A stretch of DNA of 64,000 bases from Camelus ferus (lineage: Eukaryota), in NCBI RefSeq assembly GCF_009834535.1, contig NC_045707.1:53694001-53758000 (forward strand). The letters are read 5' to 3'. Within the stretch, counting starts at the first letter, position 1, and each line of letters starts with the position of its first letter. Of this stretch, positions 40,836 to 54,647 are shown in pieces. The notes under the pieces are model-generated. The model searched no databases and had not been told where the DNA came from. It saw only the letters and a list, made by a program, of their open reading frames with translations. The translations under genes and the position numbers were made by a program.

Positions 40836-40859
40836 ATACTTTAGAAACATTATAAACAG

Positions 40860-41370
40860 CGTACAGGTAGGAAAAACCATCAGTGATCTATTGCTGTTGT
40901 CAAAGTTGAAGTATTAACCTGAGTTCCAATAATGACAGTGAGAACTGGATGAGAGAAATGGTGGCAGGTGAGAGACTGAGGACTCGAGACAGGGCTTTCT
41001 GACTGTGGGAGAGCAGGAAGTAACTGTTATTACATTTTTTCAGATGATGTGACTAGGAGATTAGAAAGCTAGGCCTGCCAAAAATGAGACTCACAGGAGG
41101 AGCAGGCTGGAAGGGAAAATCCTATGGTTTCAGATTCCTTGTGTTTGAGTAGTCAGAGGGAAATCTACATGGAGCTAATAGTCATTATTCAAAAACTGGA
41201 ACTAAATTCAGAAAGAAGTCCTAGCTGAAAATCTAAATTTTGAATTTTGCTCAAAAAGTGTTTGTAGAAAAGGTCACGTAATGCCAAAAGTTTGCAAAGA
41301 AGGAAAAGAAGAGAAGGCTGGATGGAGCATTGGGGAAGAACCATACAGACGGGAAAGGAGATTACTAAGA
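40860..41370 (-). mobile_element. Degenerate L2 fragment
   Basis: Purine-rich L2-like motifs (ggaggagcaggctggaagggaaaatc...ttgtgtttgag). Boundaries approximate. Confidence 0.5.
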
Positions 41371-43534
41371 TAGGCTTGTGTCCTTTTTGATGATGGTTTG
41401 TAAATTGAGAAGATAAAATTCAGGTAGCATCAGTATTAAATACTGAGAAAAAATAGTACCTTCTCATTGATTTACCTGTTTCATTGTCAGTGACCACAGC
41501 TCTATTTATGTATATATAATTATGTGTGTATAAATGTACAGGAATATTTGCTACACTGTTTATAATTTCAAACTTGTATGTGAAGTATATGAATGTATAA
41601 TAGACATTTTATATGTGAGTATATTTATCCACATATTCATATATAATAATCTTTATGATAAGAATTATAGAGTAAAAATTGTGTCTTTCCATTTAAAAAA
41701 TGAATTCTTTGGTACTGGTGTCACATCAAAATAATATGAAATAGTTATGTATTTGAAGTTTGATTTTATTAGTTTCATATATATGAATGTTCAGCACCTC
41801 ACCTGTGTCTGCCCTAAACAAAAACTGATGAGGTCTTAGTGAACTGGATGTGACAACTTTGCATACGTTTGGGGTGGGGAAGTGGGTTATTAAATGTTCT
41901 TATTTCCATAACTGTATGCAGAATCAACAATGTTGTACTATAAACAGCAGTGGCCATGGAGCTGTTTTTGAAAACACTTGCAGTAAAGCTGCTAAACAAA
42001 ACATGTTCAGTGCTTCCCATGGTACGTGCAAAAGATAAAGCATATTGTAACATATGTTGTTAACAGATGAATCTCTGGTGACATTTAGGGTATATAAAGA
42101 TGATATATCAACTTGAGAAAATAATTCACTCAAGCCATGATAATAAACATTATCACTTTCCTAAATAAAACTAATCTGTAATAATCAACCCATTACCTTC
42201 AAGGAACACGTTTAGTTTTTGGCCTCTTGACCTATCTTGGATTGTGAGTGTTAAAGTTTCCTAGTGTTAGGAGTTTTGACTTCTTGACTCTTCTGTAATT
42301 TCATATTTAGGAAGTTGTTCATAGTGTTATTTAGTTGTATTTTGTTGAGAATTGTGGCATAAAGCATAAAGTGGCCTTAATTGTGTAAGATTATGCTTTT
42401 ATGGCCTATATTCACTGACATTTTTTATCAGGATTGCAACTATGGTATCTCATGATACTTGCTTAAAATACTTCGCTCATTCCTTTTTCATTAGCCTTAA
42501 TGAATTACTGTTTCATGTATCTTTCTTTTGTACGGTTTAGAGTTTGTACAGTCGTATGATTTTAAAATCATACTCTTTTTTTTTTTTTTTCCAAATTTTC
42601 TCAATACTGTGTCCTTTAAGTGTGACTCCACTAATCTTTGAGACCTTCCTTACTTTATGGAACAACAAAAGAATAGTTTAATCTCACAGTTCCTTCCCCT
42701 CAACCTGAAATCAGCTATTTCCGTTTTCTTGTCAGTAAATTTGTTTGACATTGATCTGTTTTTTCCTTTTTTCTTTTTTTTGAATATTTATTTGTACTTA
42801 TCTGGACCCATGTGATTCTATGTTTGAGGTGAAAGAGGAGTTTGGATAGATTGTTAGCTTTTTAATTTTTGTTTGTTTTACTATGGTGTAGACTGATGTA
42901 GTTTTTAAATAAATGACACATATTTTATTCTGTCTTTTCATCTTCCGGTTGCTCTGATTTGGAATCCTCAGCCAATTCTGCTTGTCCTGGTGGTTATTGT
43001 TTTTGCTTATATATAAATTGAACATTGTACTGTTATATTTCTTCTGGTTATGCTGTGAGTACACACTGTAGAAGGTTTATTTGTGCTCTGACTGCTTTGA
43101 ATGAATTTTGGAGGATTGGATATTAAAACTTGGGTGTCCACTATTATTCTTTAAGGACTTTTTCATTTCTTATTTTGTCAACTCTTTAGAATCACATCCC
43201 AAGCTCTGCTGTGCTTACTGTTTTGTTCTGTTTTGTGTCAATACAGGATGCACAGCAGTATTATCGTTGAAAACATTATTTTTACCCCTTCTTACACCAC
43301 TCAAAACATTATATATCTCTCACCTCCTCATATTAGATTTGTGTGTGTGTTTGTGTAGATTTAATCAAAATGTTGCTTTCTGCTAAGAAAGTTAAATTTA
43401 TATTTATTATATTATTTTTATTTCATTCAACAGGTCAGTATCACAAATTATTGTCACATATGTTGATAGTCTATTGGAAACAATATATTTAAAATATTAT
43501 ATGAGTAACAGTAAACTGTTTACCAGTAGTGGCC

Positions 43535-43750
43535 AACAGCACAGACTCTGCAGTAATTCTAAGATTTAGTAACTGGAATCATCCCTAATGGTGATACCTC
43601 GGGAAAGCTTTGTTTTTCTTCATTTGTAAAATAGGTCTAATCATAGTTATTAAAGTTTGGGCATTGGTATGAAGGTTCAATGAGTTACCCATGCAGAATG
43701 TATTTCCTAGTGCTTAGAAGTATGTACTAAATATTAATAGAAATTCTTAT
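43535..43750 (+). mobile_element. MIR SINE
   Basis: tttttcttcatttgtaaaataggtctaatcatag...gaaggttcaatgagtta core. Confidence 0.65.
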
Positions 43751-46039
43751 TATCTTTATATGTAACTAACTACATTTGAACTTCGCAGTTGCAGTCTGCA
43801 TCACATCATTTACATTTTCTCTTTGTCTCAAAGGAATAGAATTAGAATGGACTTCTTGACTTAGTATTTATATTCAACTTAAAACATTCAACACTCAGAG
43901 CACCCAGAGACATAACCATAAAGCATTATATGTCTTTAAATCTTATTTCCTTGAAAAAAAATGCTGTATTTATGCTTTTATGTCCAGGAAATAAAATGTA
44001 GTTTTATTTTCCAACAGACAGTTGCTAATTTTGAAAATTAAAAGTAACTTTAAATAATATTAATGCATATATGTGCTTTTAAAAAAATTAAAATTTTTAA
44101 AAAATATAAACAGGATTGCTGCACTGAGGTAACTGTTACCTCTTACAGATTGTATCCAGTTTATTTTACAAATATAAATGCTTTGCAATACCTAAGCTGA
44201 GTATTTGCTTACAAATATGTATTCTTGGCCTTCGGACAGATTTTGAGAAGTGTAATTGCTGAGTCAGAGGGAATACATGTGTTTCATGCTACTGCCAAGT
44301 CTGCCCAAATTGACATTTAGAAATATTGTACCACTCACGTATGATTAGATTCTAATCCTTGGTAGTTTCAAAATTCAGATTAAAATCTTTTTTGTTGTTT
44401 TTCTAACCCATTTTATTACTTAACCTGGATCATAAACTCCCTTGTATATCACCAAATATGCATTTAGGGCAACACTGTCAATGGCTTCTGTCTGTTCATA
44501 CCACAAACTATTCAAATATCTTCCATTGTTACTCATTTAAAATATTTCTACTTGTTCATTTTTAAACAAATTTGTGACAAAAACCCCTTCCCATGCATGC
44601 TGAAATAATTCCTGATGACAAACTGTGAGAAAAACCCATGGGCCATGTGGAGTCTTGGTTCTAAGAGCTCTGACACTGAGGTGGCTGGATCTGGGTGGAG
44701 GTGAAGACACACAGCACGATGGGAAGTTCAGGCACTTGTGCACAGACTACCAGGCTGTTTCCTCCAGTAGTGGCTTGACTTGAGGGCTCAGATTTGCTAC
44801 ATGGTTGATGGGCTCTGAAATCTCTGCTCCCAGCCAACACTCAGGCCTGTGCCCAGGCACCAGCATTGCGCTGTCCTTCCCAGAACTGGACTCTGCAGCC
44901 AAGAATCTCTCTGGAAATCACCTGTTCTACTAGCTGTCCCCCTTTCTCAAATTTATCAGAATGTGCACCTTTATCCCAGTCCCTCAACCAACATGGATCC
45001 CTGCAACATCCATCCTCAGTGCTTTTATATTCATGCTTACAGACCTGAGTCCATATTTCAGCCCTATCTGGAACCAGAACCGGAATGTGTAACATAAAGT
45101 TCCTACTAACCCATGGTACCCCCAGGGTAGGTCCTGGGTCCCCTCAATTCTACCTCTCCCTTCCACCCAAACCCTAGTCATGTGCATGTGCAGTGTGCCT
45201 GGGGCATCCTCTCCTGGACCTGAATCCAGCGCCTCCTAAAGTACAGATGTCCTTAAGGGCAGCACCAGGGTTCCAGGACTGGCTGCTGAATATAATCAGA
45301 TGAGCTAGATCCTACTCCAAAACAATCCCTCTCAGATGACTCTGAGACTTCTGCCCGAGGCATTCAGACGCACAAGAATTGCAAGAACAGATCTCAGCTG
45401 CATCCAGAATCTGAACCCAGTAAGTGGCCCCTCTGGCTCGTTGGGGTCTGGCAGCCCTAAGAGATCATCATTCTGTTGAAATTAGCCACCAAGATGGAGG
45501 ATCCATAGCTCTAATTTTGCTTCTTATGCCTGCTGGGCATCCTTATGCCCGTTACTGCTGCAGTGAACACAAAGGGGTGCCTTATCCTATGCCAAATCCA
45601 GAGAAAAATCTTTTACAAATAGAAAAAGATTGTTTTATCTGTAGAATCAAGATCAGATTATAGTACAGTACAGAATACAGAACCAGACAACAGCATTTCA
45701 CTTGTAATGTTTCGGTTCAAAAGTGCTATGTAAGAACTTTCTTACTGAAAGAGGTTATAAGTGATGAGTCTGTAAATACATTTTTGACCCAAAAGTGCAA
45801 AATTATAAAGTGACTCTATTCTAGAATTGTCATCACAAATCAAAAAAAAAAAGAAAAAGATAAAGAAAATATGATTCCCCATGTGGTGTGGTATAAAATA
45901 TTAATGTGTTAATGTTTACCATTAACCAGTTCTTCTTTATTTCTGGGTTCATAGGAGATTATACTTCTCCACACCCTTGAAATTAGAAGTGGTAATGTGA
46001 CCAGTAGTTATGCCAGTGCACTGGGGGTAGAAGACCATC

Positions 46040-46490
46040 AGCTCGCCATATGGAAGAAATAAAATAAAATCATTCCACTACATCGTATAAGACACAAAGA
46101 TAAATTGCAGGTGTATTAAAAAAACCTGTCTATGAAAAACAAACAAAAACCCCAGAAGAAAATAAAGGAGACTTCCCATATGACATTTAAGATAGGGAAG
46201 GATTTTTAAGACATTATACAAAAAATCCACATCCATGAAATAAATTTGACATTAAAAAACCACTGTACTACAGATACCATACAAAAAAAGAGAGAGAGAG
46301 AGTGAAAGAAAGAAGGAGAGAGAGAAAAGAAAGAAAAGAAAAAAATACAAGAAGTACTTGGGGAAGATATTTAGACATTTTCAACATAAGCAAAGATAAG
46401 TATATATGTGCATCTCTACACACGTATTTGATAAATCTCTCACAAATCAACAAGAAAAAATGGCCAAAAGGAACGGGCATTAATTCTTAC
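46040..46490 (+). mobile_element. Ancient L1M ORF2 fragment
   Basis: A-rich cacaaagataaattgcaggtgtattaaa...agaagaaaataaaggaga...gatagggaaggatttttaagaca motifs. Confidence 0.65.
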
Positions 46491-47557
46491 AACATTTCTT
46501 TCTCCCAATTCCTGATACTCTTTCATGCAATTTATAAGGATTCACAAATGCTTTCTTGCGTTAATTCATTGAAGGGACCTTGTTAGCCAGCTCTGTCCTA
46601 GACATTGTTGTAAAGGTTTGGGGTGCAGTTTTTTTTCCTAAAGTTCTTTATGACCAAAATACTTCACCCTAAAGCTGAACCCAGGAAGACCCAGTACATA
46701 ACTCAAAGTGGCACAATTTCCAGATTATAGTTGATTTTAGACAAAATATGATTCAACTAGTCTTTTGATCATTCCAAGTGTGTTATATAGTATATTATAT
46801 ATATAAGTGATCAGTAATCTAAATGAATTTGTCGTTGAAAGACATCACAAAATGTAGTAGAGTGAAGAGGAAAATTGTTAGGCCTCCACTACTCTCACTG
46901 ACTCTGGTGTTGCCTTTTTGCAGTCTGAAATCATTATAAACAGCCAGACCTGTAGGTAGTAGATCAAGCAAGGCAATGTCAATTTGCCACTTCAGGATTT
47001 ACTCTAATTTAACAAGAATTACTGGAAAAATAAACAAAGCGATTGTAACTCTAATATACGTGTGGACTCACCCCCAAAACTTTGACTTCCTTTGTGCTTC
47101 TCTGTCTTTCACCCGAATTCCCTCCCCAATATTCTTTTCCTGTGCACCTACTCCCAAGATCAATATTAGGCCCATAACTTCTAGTTTTTTCCATTTTCAT
47201 TACATTATGACATGAGAAGGTAGATGTGACCTTTATGTTTGCTTTTCTCTTTTATTTTTATTCTTTTTCATCAAAGGACTTATTATTTTCTTACATTACT
47301 GTTACCAATGTTGATTTGTTCAGAAATAACTGTGGTTTTATTTTATTTACTCAACATCAATATAAGCCACTGCATTATCCTTATGTTGATGTATTAATTA
47401 TCTGTGCCAACTTTATTGTGAAATAGGAAATAATTTTGGTTAAAACAATTGAAGGGTGAGATTTTATAAAGGTCTGGCTTTCGATATATATGATGAAGAA
47501 ATATTTGCATATAAAATTAATTGTTAGTAGTTCTGTGCCTCTTTTCCACAGGAGAGA

Positions 47558-47704
47558 ATGTTTAAATTTCACCAAGTGAAACATATTTTTGAAATACTAG
47601 ATAAAATGCGATGCCTGCGAAAACGTTCTACAGTCTCTTTCTTGGGAATTCTTGTCATTTTCCTTCTGTTTATGAACTTGTACATTGAAGATAGCTATGT
47701 TCTG
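47558..47704 (+). CDS. MGAT4C: MGAT4C coding exon 1 (aa 1-49: cytosolic tail and type II transmembrane segment)
   Basis: Acceptor cttttccacag|G opens the exon at 47552, with ATG at 47558. It translates [49 protein letters not shown] (147 nt, phase 0). Donor CTG|gtaagt at 47705. Matches the MGAT4C N-terminus as I recall it. Confidence 0.96.
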
Positions 47705-48036
47705 GTAAGTCTTGGAGGTTGATTTTTTTTTGTTCAAAATAAGTCTTAGGTCAAACCAGACAGTCTATTAGTAGCCTAACTTCAATCCCATCCTATTGAA
47801 ATAACTTTAGTTTGAGCAAAATTATAACATGCATATTTTCTATCTGGCTACTTCTTCTATTAACTATATATTACCAACATTACAATTGTTTTGGTTTATG
47901 TTGCAATGTTTTCTTTGATGCTACATATACATACAGTGGTTCAAATATGTACATCTAATTACAAGTAGGCTAATCACCCCTATCTGAATTAATATTATGT
48001 AAAATCATTGAAACTTTTTAGCTTTAATTTGAAGTA

Positions 48037-48255
48037 CATTTCATCCTTGAACAATGTAGGGGTTAGGGGCACTGACCCTCCACACAGTCAAAATTCTGGG
48101 TATTAACTTTCCAGTCAGCTCTCCATATTCATGCTTCTGCATCAGCAGATTCAGCCAACCTCTGGTTGTATAGTACTGTATTATGTATTTATTGAAAAAA
48201 TCCATTTATAAGTGAAACTGCACAGTTCAGGCCTGTGTTGCTCAAGCGTCAACTG
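48037..48255. mobile_element. Tigger2-derived non-autonomous element (MER8-like)
   Basis: Degenerate TIRs catttcatccttgaacaa and ttgctcaagcgtcaactg, TA on the left flank, and the ggggttaggggcactgaccc motif. Confidence 0.82.
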
Positions 48256-51200
48256 CAGATGTAATAAATAAAATTTCCTTAAAGTTATTACTCCTTATTT
48301 TCTCTACTTTTCTATACTATTAAAATTTTCAAAATCCCATTGTCTAATTAATGATACTACTTGTGCTATTTTGTTAAGAAGTTATAGTTTATTACAATGT
48401 GAGACATCTCATTTGGATTTTGAAGAACCGTAAGTGACCACCATGTTAATATTCACTGAAAAGTAATACAGAACCTCAGGAACTAAAAGTATTAATGTGA
48501 AAACTATTCAGTAGGTTAAAAAAGATAAAATTAGTAGATAATTCATGAATGAATTTTTAAGTAAATTATGAGAGTATGCAAAAGGATATATCCTGATTAT
48601 TTCTATTTTTTATTGTTGTTATAATTATGACATAATTTCATGTCTGATGAGAATAATATGGACATTATTGCTTATTTACTTTTTCTATCTGGATTGTGCT
48701 TAAGATATATGGGATAATTCCAATCATTATGCAATTATTCTTGTTCACATATTTCAGAAAATCAAAGCCTTTGGACAGATAGAAAACTGGAAAATAATTT
48801 TCATCATGCAATCATGCTGAAAATTTTGATTATTATCTTAGCTAAAGAGAATCTGACAATAGTCATAAAGACCATTTCCCAATAAAGTATTTTATTAATT
48901 GAATATGACTTATTAACTACCTACTATTTATTTGCTAGGTAGGATATATATCTTGTGAACCAACCACATGATCTTAGTTGGTACAGATCCTCTTAGGTGG
49001 TCTTCCAGTAAGGCATTTTGCTTCCTTTAGCATTGCCCTTTAATGGTAAAATTTTGCCAGAGTCCTAGATCTTGACTCTGCCAAGGCCTTTTACTTTCAA
49101 CTATAGGTCTTAATCTTTTGGACTCTTCATTCTACCATCCACAGCCAATTCACAATGGGTGAAGTCAGCACAGTTAGTAGAATTTGACTAGGCATGACTT
49201 AGGTAAACATCGGAAACTGGAGAAACTTACTAATGATATGCATTTTGGATTTTTTTTAACCTGATTATTAGGTTTATGAAACTTACTGACAGTAGGGCAA
49301 GGCCCAGCTAATCTAGCTATTTTTTCTTAATAGAACTAAAGATCATAAACTAACTAGAGGAGCTCTTGATTAATGATCTAACTTTGTAATAAAAAATTTA
49401 TTTCTTGCATCTGTGTGTACTGGTGGAAGTGAATCGCATGCATGTTGTAAATCAAAAAATGGTCTTGGCAGGATGCTTTTATGAGACACTTTCAAGTGCA
49501 ATTTCAGTATTTCACATTACACAGACAAAAGATTATTGTAAGCAACAAACATCCTTATATATTTTTGAAATAGAACCTGTTTAAATTCACTACTAAATGT
49601 ATAAAAAGTAACAGAGTATACATGCATAAGAAGATCAAATATTATTGCTCTGTTTACACATTTCTGTCTAAACGTTGGTCCTAGCTACCTAATTAAAAAG
49701 GTGTGATTTAATGAAATAGCTCTTACTAAAGAATTTTTTCTCAATGAAAATTTTCAGGCTATAGTGGCCATATATCTCATCAAATTTGCAAATCGTCCCA
49801 GGTACAGAAAAGAGATTGCTTCTTCACTTTAAAAATTGATATTATTTTAAAATACTTATATTACATTAGAAAAAATGAATTAAAATTGTTGGTAAATACA
49901 AGCACCCCTTATGAAAATTCAGTAACAGTATTTTTATTAGTTTAATTTTTCACTATTCACTAGATGATGTTTTCTACCTAAATTGCATTTTGAGCTAAAT
50001 TTTATCCCAAGGCTTAATATGTATTTGAAATATTCTTTAAATCATTCATGTAAAATTACATTAAAATTGTTCTTCTAAAAGTGTTTAATATCCATGGAAA
50101 ACCGGCCTCCTACAAGGATACAATGCGGTTTCTTTCTAATACTTCTCCTTTTTGACCCTTTTATCTGTATTTATTTCATTTCTCAAAAATTATCTGACTT
50201 AACTTTCTTTCTTGACTCCAAAATGCCACAATGCATGCAATTTTCTAAGCAGAGATATTAGCAAGTTTTTCTTTTTCTGTCTATTTTATTTTCAGGGAGA
50301 AATAATAGTTACAATTCAGAGAAATCAAAGAAACAACTACAATAGTAAGATCTTTGGAATTATTCATCACATCTATTCTACTCTTTTGGCTAGAAAATCC
50401 ATCAGTGGCCCAAAATATTGGGCAAGTAACAGTTTAGTGTATTGCTCACATATTAGGGGCATATGTGCCTTTCAGTGGGAAAGAAAGGCAAGTTCAGTGT
50501 AACAGACAAATAGTATTACAAGGCAAACTAAGTAGAAGAGACACTGCATGCCCAGTCGACTTAGCCTCTCGGCTGTGAGCATCTTCAAAGTAGCCACTGG
50601 GGTATGTCTTTAGTCTGTAACTAGTCCATTGAATTGCATTCCCATCCAGAAAATGATTGTCATAAAGCTTTGTCTTATTACTGAGAAATACGCTACAGCC
50701 AAGTAGCTACAGAAAGAAGGTGTCCAGGGAGCGCCTGGTTGTTCAGGTAGATGCCTCTGGAAAGCAGCCAACAAGGCTGACTCAGGTGAAAGCTGCATTA
50801 TTTATTTATGCTGAAAAGTGTGAAGAAGCTTGTTCCTGAGATTTTAATAAAGTGCTTTCATATAAGTTTCATTTCATTCTATATTCTGTTATGTCCTTCA
50901 ATCAGGATGAATATACTCTATCTTCTCAAAGAAAAAGTCTGGATTCTTACATGTTCAAGACAGAATTCTTAAAGAAATATTCAATATCCTGCACTTCCCT
51001 TAGAATGTGATATCACATAAGAACAGAATGGTAAAATCAATTCAGTATTGTGACCACTGTGATTTTTATAGCTATTTTTTCTAGACTCTATGGATTATGG
51101 ACCATTACATTACTATTAAAGTAGTTGATGTTAAACTGACTCTCCCATTACCTTTTGGAAATCCTACATGTGTTTATTTGAAAATTTTGTTGATGTTTTA

Positions 51201-51673
51201 TAGGTTTTCAGAGACACAAAGATGAAAATATTTATGTGTAAAGAATTTAAAATAATCGGAATCCCATTTATAAGAAAATTAATGTCCAGGGTTTAATTTC
51301 ATAAATTTTTAAACTCTACAACTTACAGAAGGCAAAAAAAATAATAATAATAATTTGAATTTTAACATGAAGGCAGTGGGAGTTTTCATATAGATTTTTC
51401 TTTAATCGAAAGAATGCCATTTTTAATGTATGCTGTAGAAAAGCAATTGTAAGTATGGTATAAAAAGTAGAATATAGTGGAGAGACTGGAGCAGAGGCTC
51501 TAGGTAGGAATTCAGGTAAAAGATAATGGTCTACAGCTTGTGGTGCTAGTAACTGAGATTTATATAATACCCACATTACATATCAGATCCGTACGTTTAC
51601 TGTGTAAAGAGAAAGTCTATCTAATTCACGACCAACTATTATTTGTTTTCTCTGCCTCCTTCTTGGCATTCAG

Positions 51674-51821
51674 GAAGGAGACAAGCAACTTATAAGAGAA
51701 TCATCCACACATCAACCGAATCCAGAACGCTATGTACATACTTTCAAAGATTTATCTAATTTCTCAGGAGCCATCAATGTCACCTATCGCTACTTAGCTG
51801 GCATGCCTTTACAAAGAAAGC
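51674..51821 (+). CDS. MGAT4C: MGAT4C coding exon 2 (stem region)
   Basis: Acceptor ...ctccttcttggcattcag|. 148 nt translating [49 protein letters not shown] plus 1 nt. Donor C|gtaagt at 51822; phase 1 fits the next exon. Confidence 0.96.
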
Positions 51822-52185
51822 GTAAGTATCAGTACACTTTTCAAAGCAAGAACAATCAAATCTTTTGTTTTAAAATAACGATAACTTGCTTCATTTGTAT
51901 CGCAATCAAAGTTTATGGGCTTGACTAATATAATGTGTCCTTTTGGAAATGTTTCAGTATTTCTTCACAAATTGCAATGACTCCCCAGTCCAGTTCTACT
52001 CATGACAACAAAAAAATTTTAATGCCTAATTGTGACAAACTTTTTAACAGGTTGCTGGGGGCCATGTAGAGAACCTAGGAAAAATCAACTGACTTTAAAT
52101 TTTAAAAATTATTCTCATAGTGGTACATTTTCAACACGGGTTGGGTTTTTATGACTTGCCACTAGTTTGAAGTAGTGAAAGTCGT

Positions 52186-52614
52186 TGTATCCATTTCCTA
52201 AGGTGCTTTAACAAATTATCAGAAACTAGGTGGTTTAAAACAACAGAAATGTATTCTCTCATGTTTCTGGAAGCCAGAGTCTGAAATCAAGGTGCTGGCA
52301 GCACCACACTCTGTCCAGGAAAGGACCCTTCCTTGCCTCTTCCAGTTTTTGGTCGCTGTCAGCATTCCTTGGTTTGAGGCAACAAAACTGCAGTTACTGC
52401 CACTGTCTTCACATGGCCTTCCCTGTGTCTCTCCATCTGTTCCTGCTCTTATAAGGACACTGGTTAGTGATTTTAGGGCCCAATCTAAATTCGATATGAT
52501 TTCATCTTGAGATCCTTAACTAATTACATCTTCAAAGACTATTTCCAAATAAGACCACAGTCTGAAGTTCTAGGTAGACATGAAATTTTGGAGGAAACTA
52601 TTCAGCGCTCTATA
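52186..52614 (-). mobile_element. MaLR MLT1B-like solo LTR
   Basis: ggtggtttaaaacaacagaaatgtattctctca, cttataaggacact, and tccttaactaattacatcttcaaagactatttccaaataag. Confidence 0.88.
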
Positions 52615-52898
52615 GGCACTTCCCTGTTAAGAATTGTTTATGCAAGTGAGTTTGTAATCACCAGCTTGAGGAAATTGTAACGATTCAGCTTTCTTTAGAC
52701 CTTTCTTTCTTCCATTTCAAATGTCTCCTGCTCTTAAACTTTCTTCTAACTGCAAAGACTGCTACTATTTTTTTATCTCCATCTGTTACACCACCTTTGT
52801 TCAAACATTACTAATTCCTTTCCATGCTAAGTTTACAAATGTGTATTAGCAATATACCAACTGCTTTATGTTAAAAGGCAATATAAAACAGAGGATAA

Positions 52899-53278
52899 GA
52901 TTTCCAGGTCCATCCGTGTTACTGCAAATGGCATTATTTTATTCTTCTTCTTTTTTTTTTTTTAATCTCTGAGTAGTAGTACATTGTGTAAATAAAATAA
53001 TGCCATTTGCAACAACATGGATGGACCTGGAGATCGTCATTCTAAGTGAAGAAGTCAGAAAAAGAAAGAAAAATACCAGATGATATTAGTCATACATGGA
53101 ATCTAAAAAAAAAAAAAAAGGGAAAAAGAGGACACTAATGAACTCATCTACAAAGCAGAAACAGACTCACAGACATAGTAAGGAATCTTATGGTTCTTGG
53201 GGAAAGGGGGTGGGAAGGGATAAATTCGGGAGTTTGAGATTTGCAAATGATAACCACTGTATATAAAGATAGATAAGA
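52899..53278 (+). mobile_element. L1 fragment with inverted 5' segment, lacking the extreme 3' end
   Basis: 52899-52990 is antisense L1 ORF2-end sequence, and 52991-53278 is sense (atgccatttgcaacaacatggatggacctggag...agactcacagacatag). Confidence 0.85.
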
Positions 53279-53289
53279 GCAGGGCAGTT

Positions 53290-53490
53290 TGAAGGTTGGC
53301 ACCACGCTACTTACAAGGTAGTATACTTTGCACAAGTTACCGTCTCTCACTGTGAGTTAGTTTCCTTATCTATAAAGCAGGATTGCTATTGCAAAAGACT
53401 GTTTTGAATATTCAAGCTGCATTTTACTGGTGAAATACACAGACTCCTGCCTTTTATGCAGAAGGTGTTCTATAAGTATTGGCTGTTATT
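53290..53490 (+). mobile_element. MIR SINE
   Basis: actttgcacaagttaccgtctctc...agtttccttatctataaagcagg core. Confidence 0.65.
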
Positions 53491-54647
53491 GAGCATCAGT
53501 GAGGGCTGATGGCTTGAGTTTAATGATAGCAGATAACACATTAGTTTTTCAGTAGAAGTCAGTGTTGTAAGCCCAGGTATTTCAACAAAACGTGTAAAGC
53601 TCTACGTCTCTGATAGACTAGTAAACAGATTTTTCTCGGAAGGGACTTTTTCCAGTATCACACAAATCAAATCATGTAGGTGTCTATATTAAAACAGTAA
53701 TCTTGGTGTATATAAACATTTCCCCATTTTCCAAATGGTGGTTCTGAAATTTTATTCAATTTTGAGTCATGGTGAGAATCAGAGCTTTAAAAAGTGGAAA
53801 TATTTCCATCAGAAGACATCTGACGTTTCTCAGAGGCGAGCTGCCATTTCAAAGGGTTGTACTTTATTCTCTCAAAGTATCTAATTTCTAATTATAGGTT
53901 TTAAGTATCTGAATAAAAATTTCACCAAAATTACTATAAAATGTGTTTCACAATAAAGAAAGCAATAATATTCATGACTTGGAACAATGTACCATACGTT
54001 TGAGCAGTAATACAGCTTTGATTGGTAGCTTTGATATTGTTTGCATTCTAATTAACATACTAGATAAATTTCAAAATAAAGTTATAAAGTCCAATTATAA
54101 ATTCCTCTGGTACAAGATAATAACAGTGATCAAAGAAAAATGAAAATATATGGCATGTTTCTATGAAAAACTTAAAGATGATTAAAAGAATGAGTTGCCT
54201 TTAATTTTCTTTTTCATCATTTGAGACTAGTTTGTTATCCTTAACTGGATGAATTCCCTTCTCCTTTTGCAAGTTAAAAAAAAAAACTGTGGCTATTATT
54301 CAAATATCTATCTTCTCTAATGGCCATATATGAGAACATTAAGCTGAACACTTTAAACCATATTTCTTATTTCATAAACAAACATTTACAGCAATAGGGC
54401 TCATACATCATTGTACTTAAGATGCCATTTTTTCCATAAAAATATGAATTATGTATCGAGTACTATAGCCTTGATATATTTAGCATAATACTTTAATCAC
54501 AAAATGTTCTATACATAATCATTCACTTAGATTTACTTGATACAATAGCAGGCCTAAGGGGAAAAGAACTTTTTTTCTTACTTTTTCTATGTTATTCAAA
54601 ACTTGTTTCATATGTAATTTGTCTTCCTTCTGAATTCTTTTGCTCAG

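Noticed and set aside
40096..40875. gtaggaaaa at 40096-40104 and 40867-40875 as the retrocopy TSD
   Set aside because: Only 9 bp, not flush with the tail, and the right copy appears to lie in L2-like sequence, so it is unresolved.
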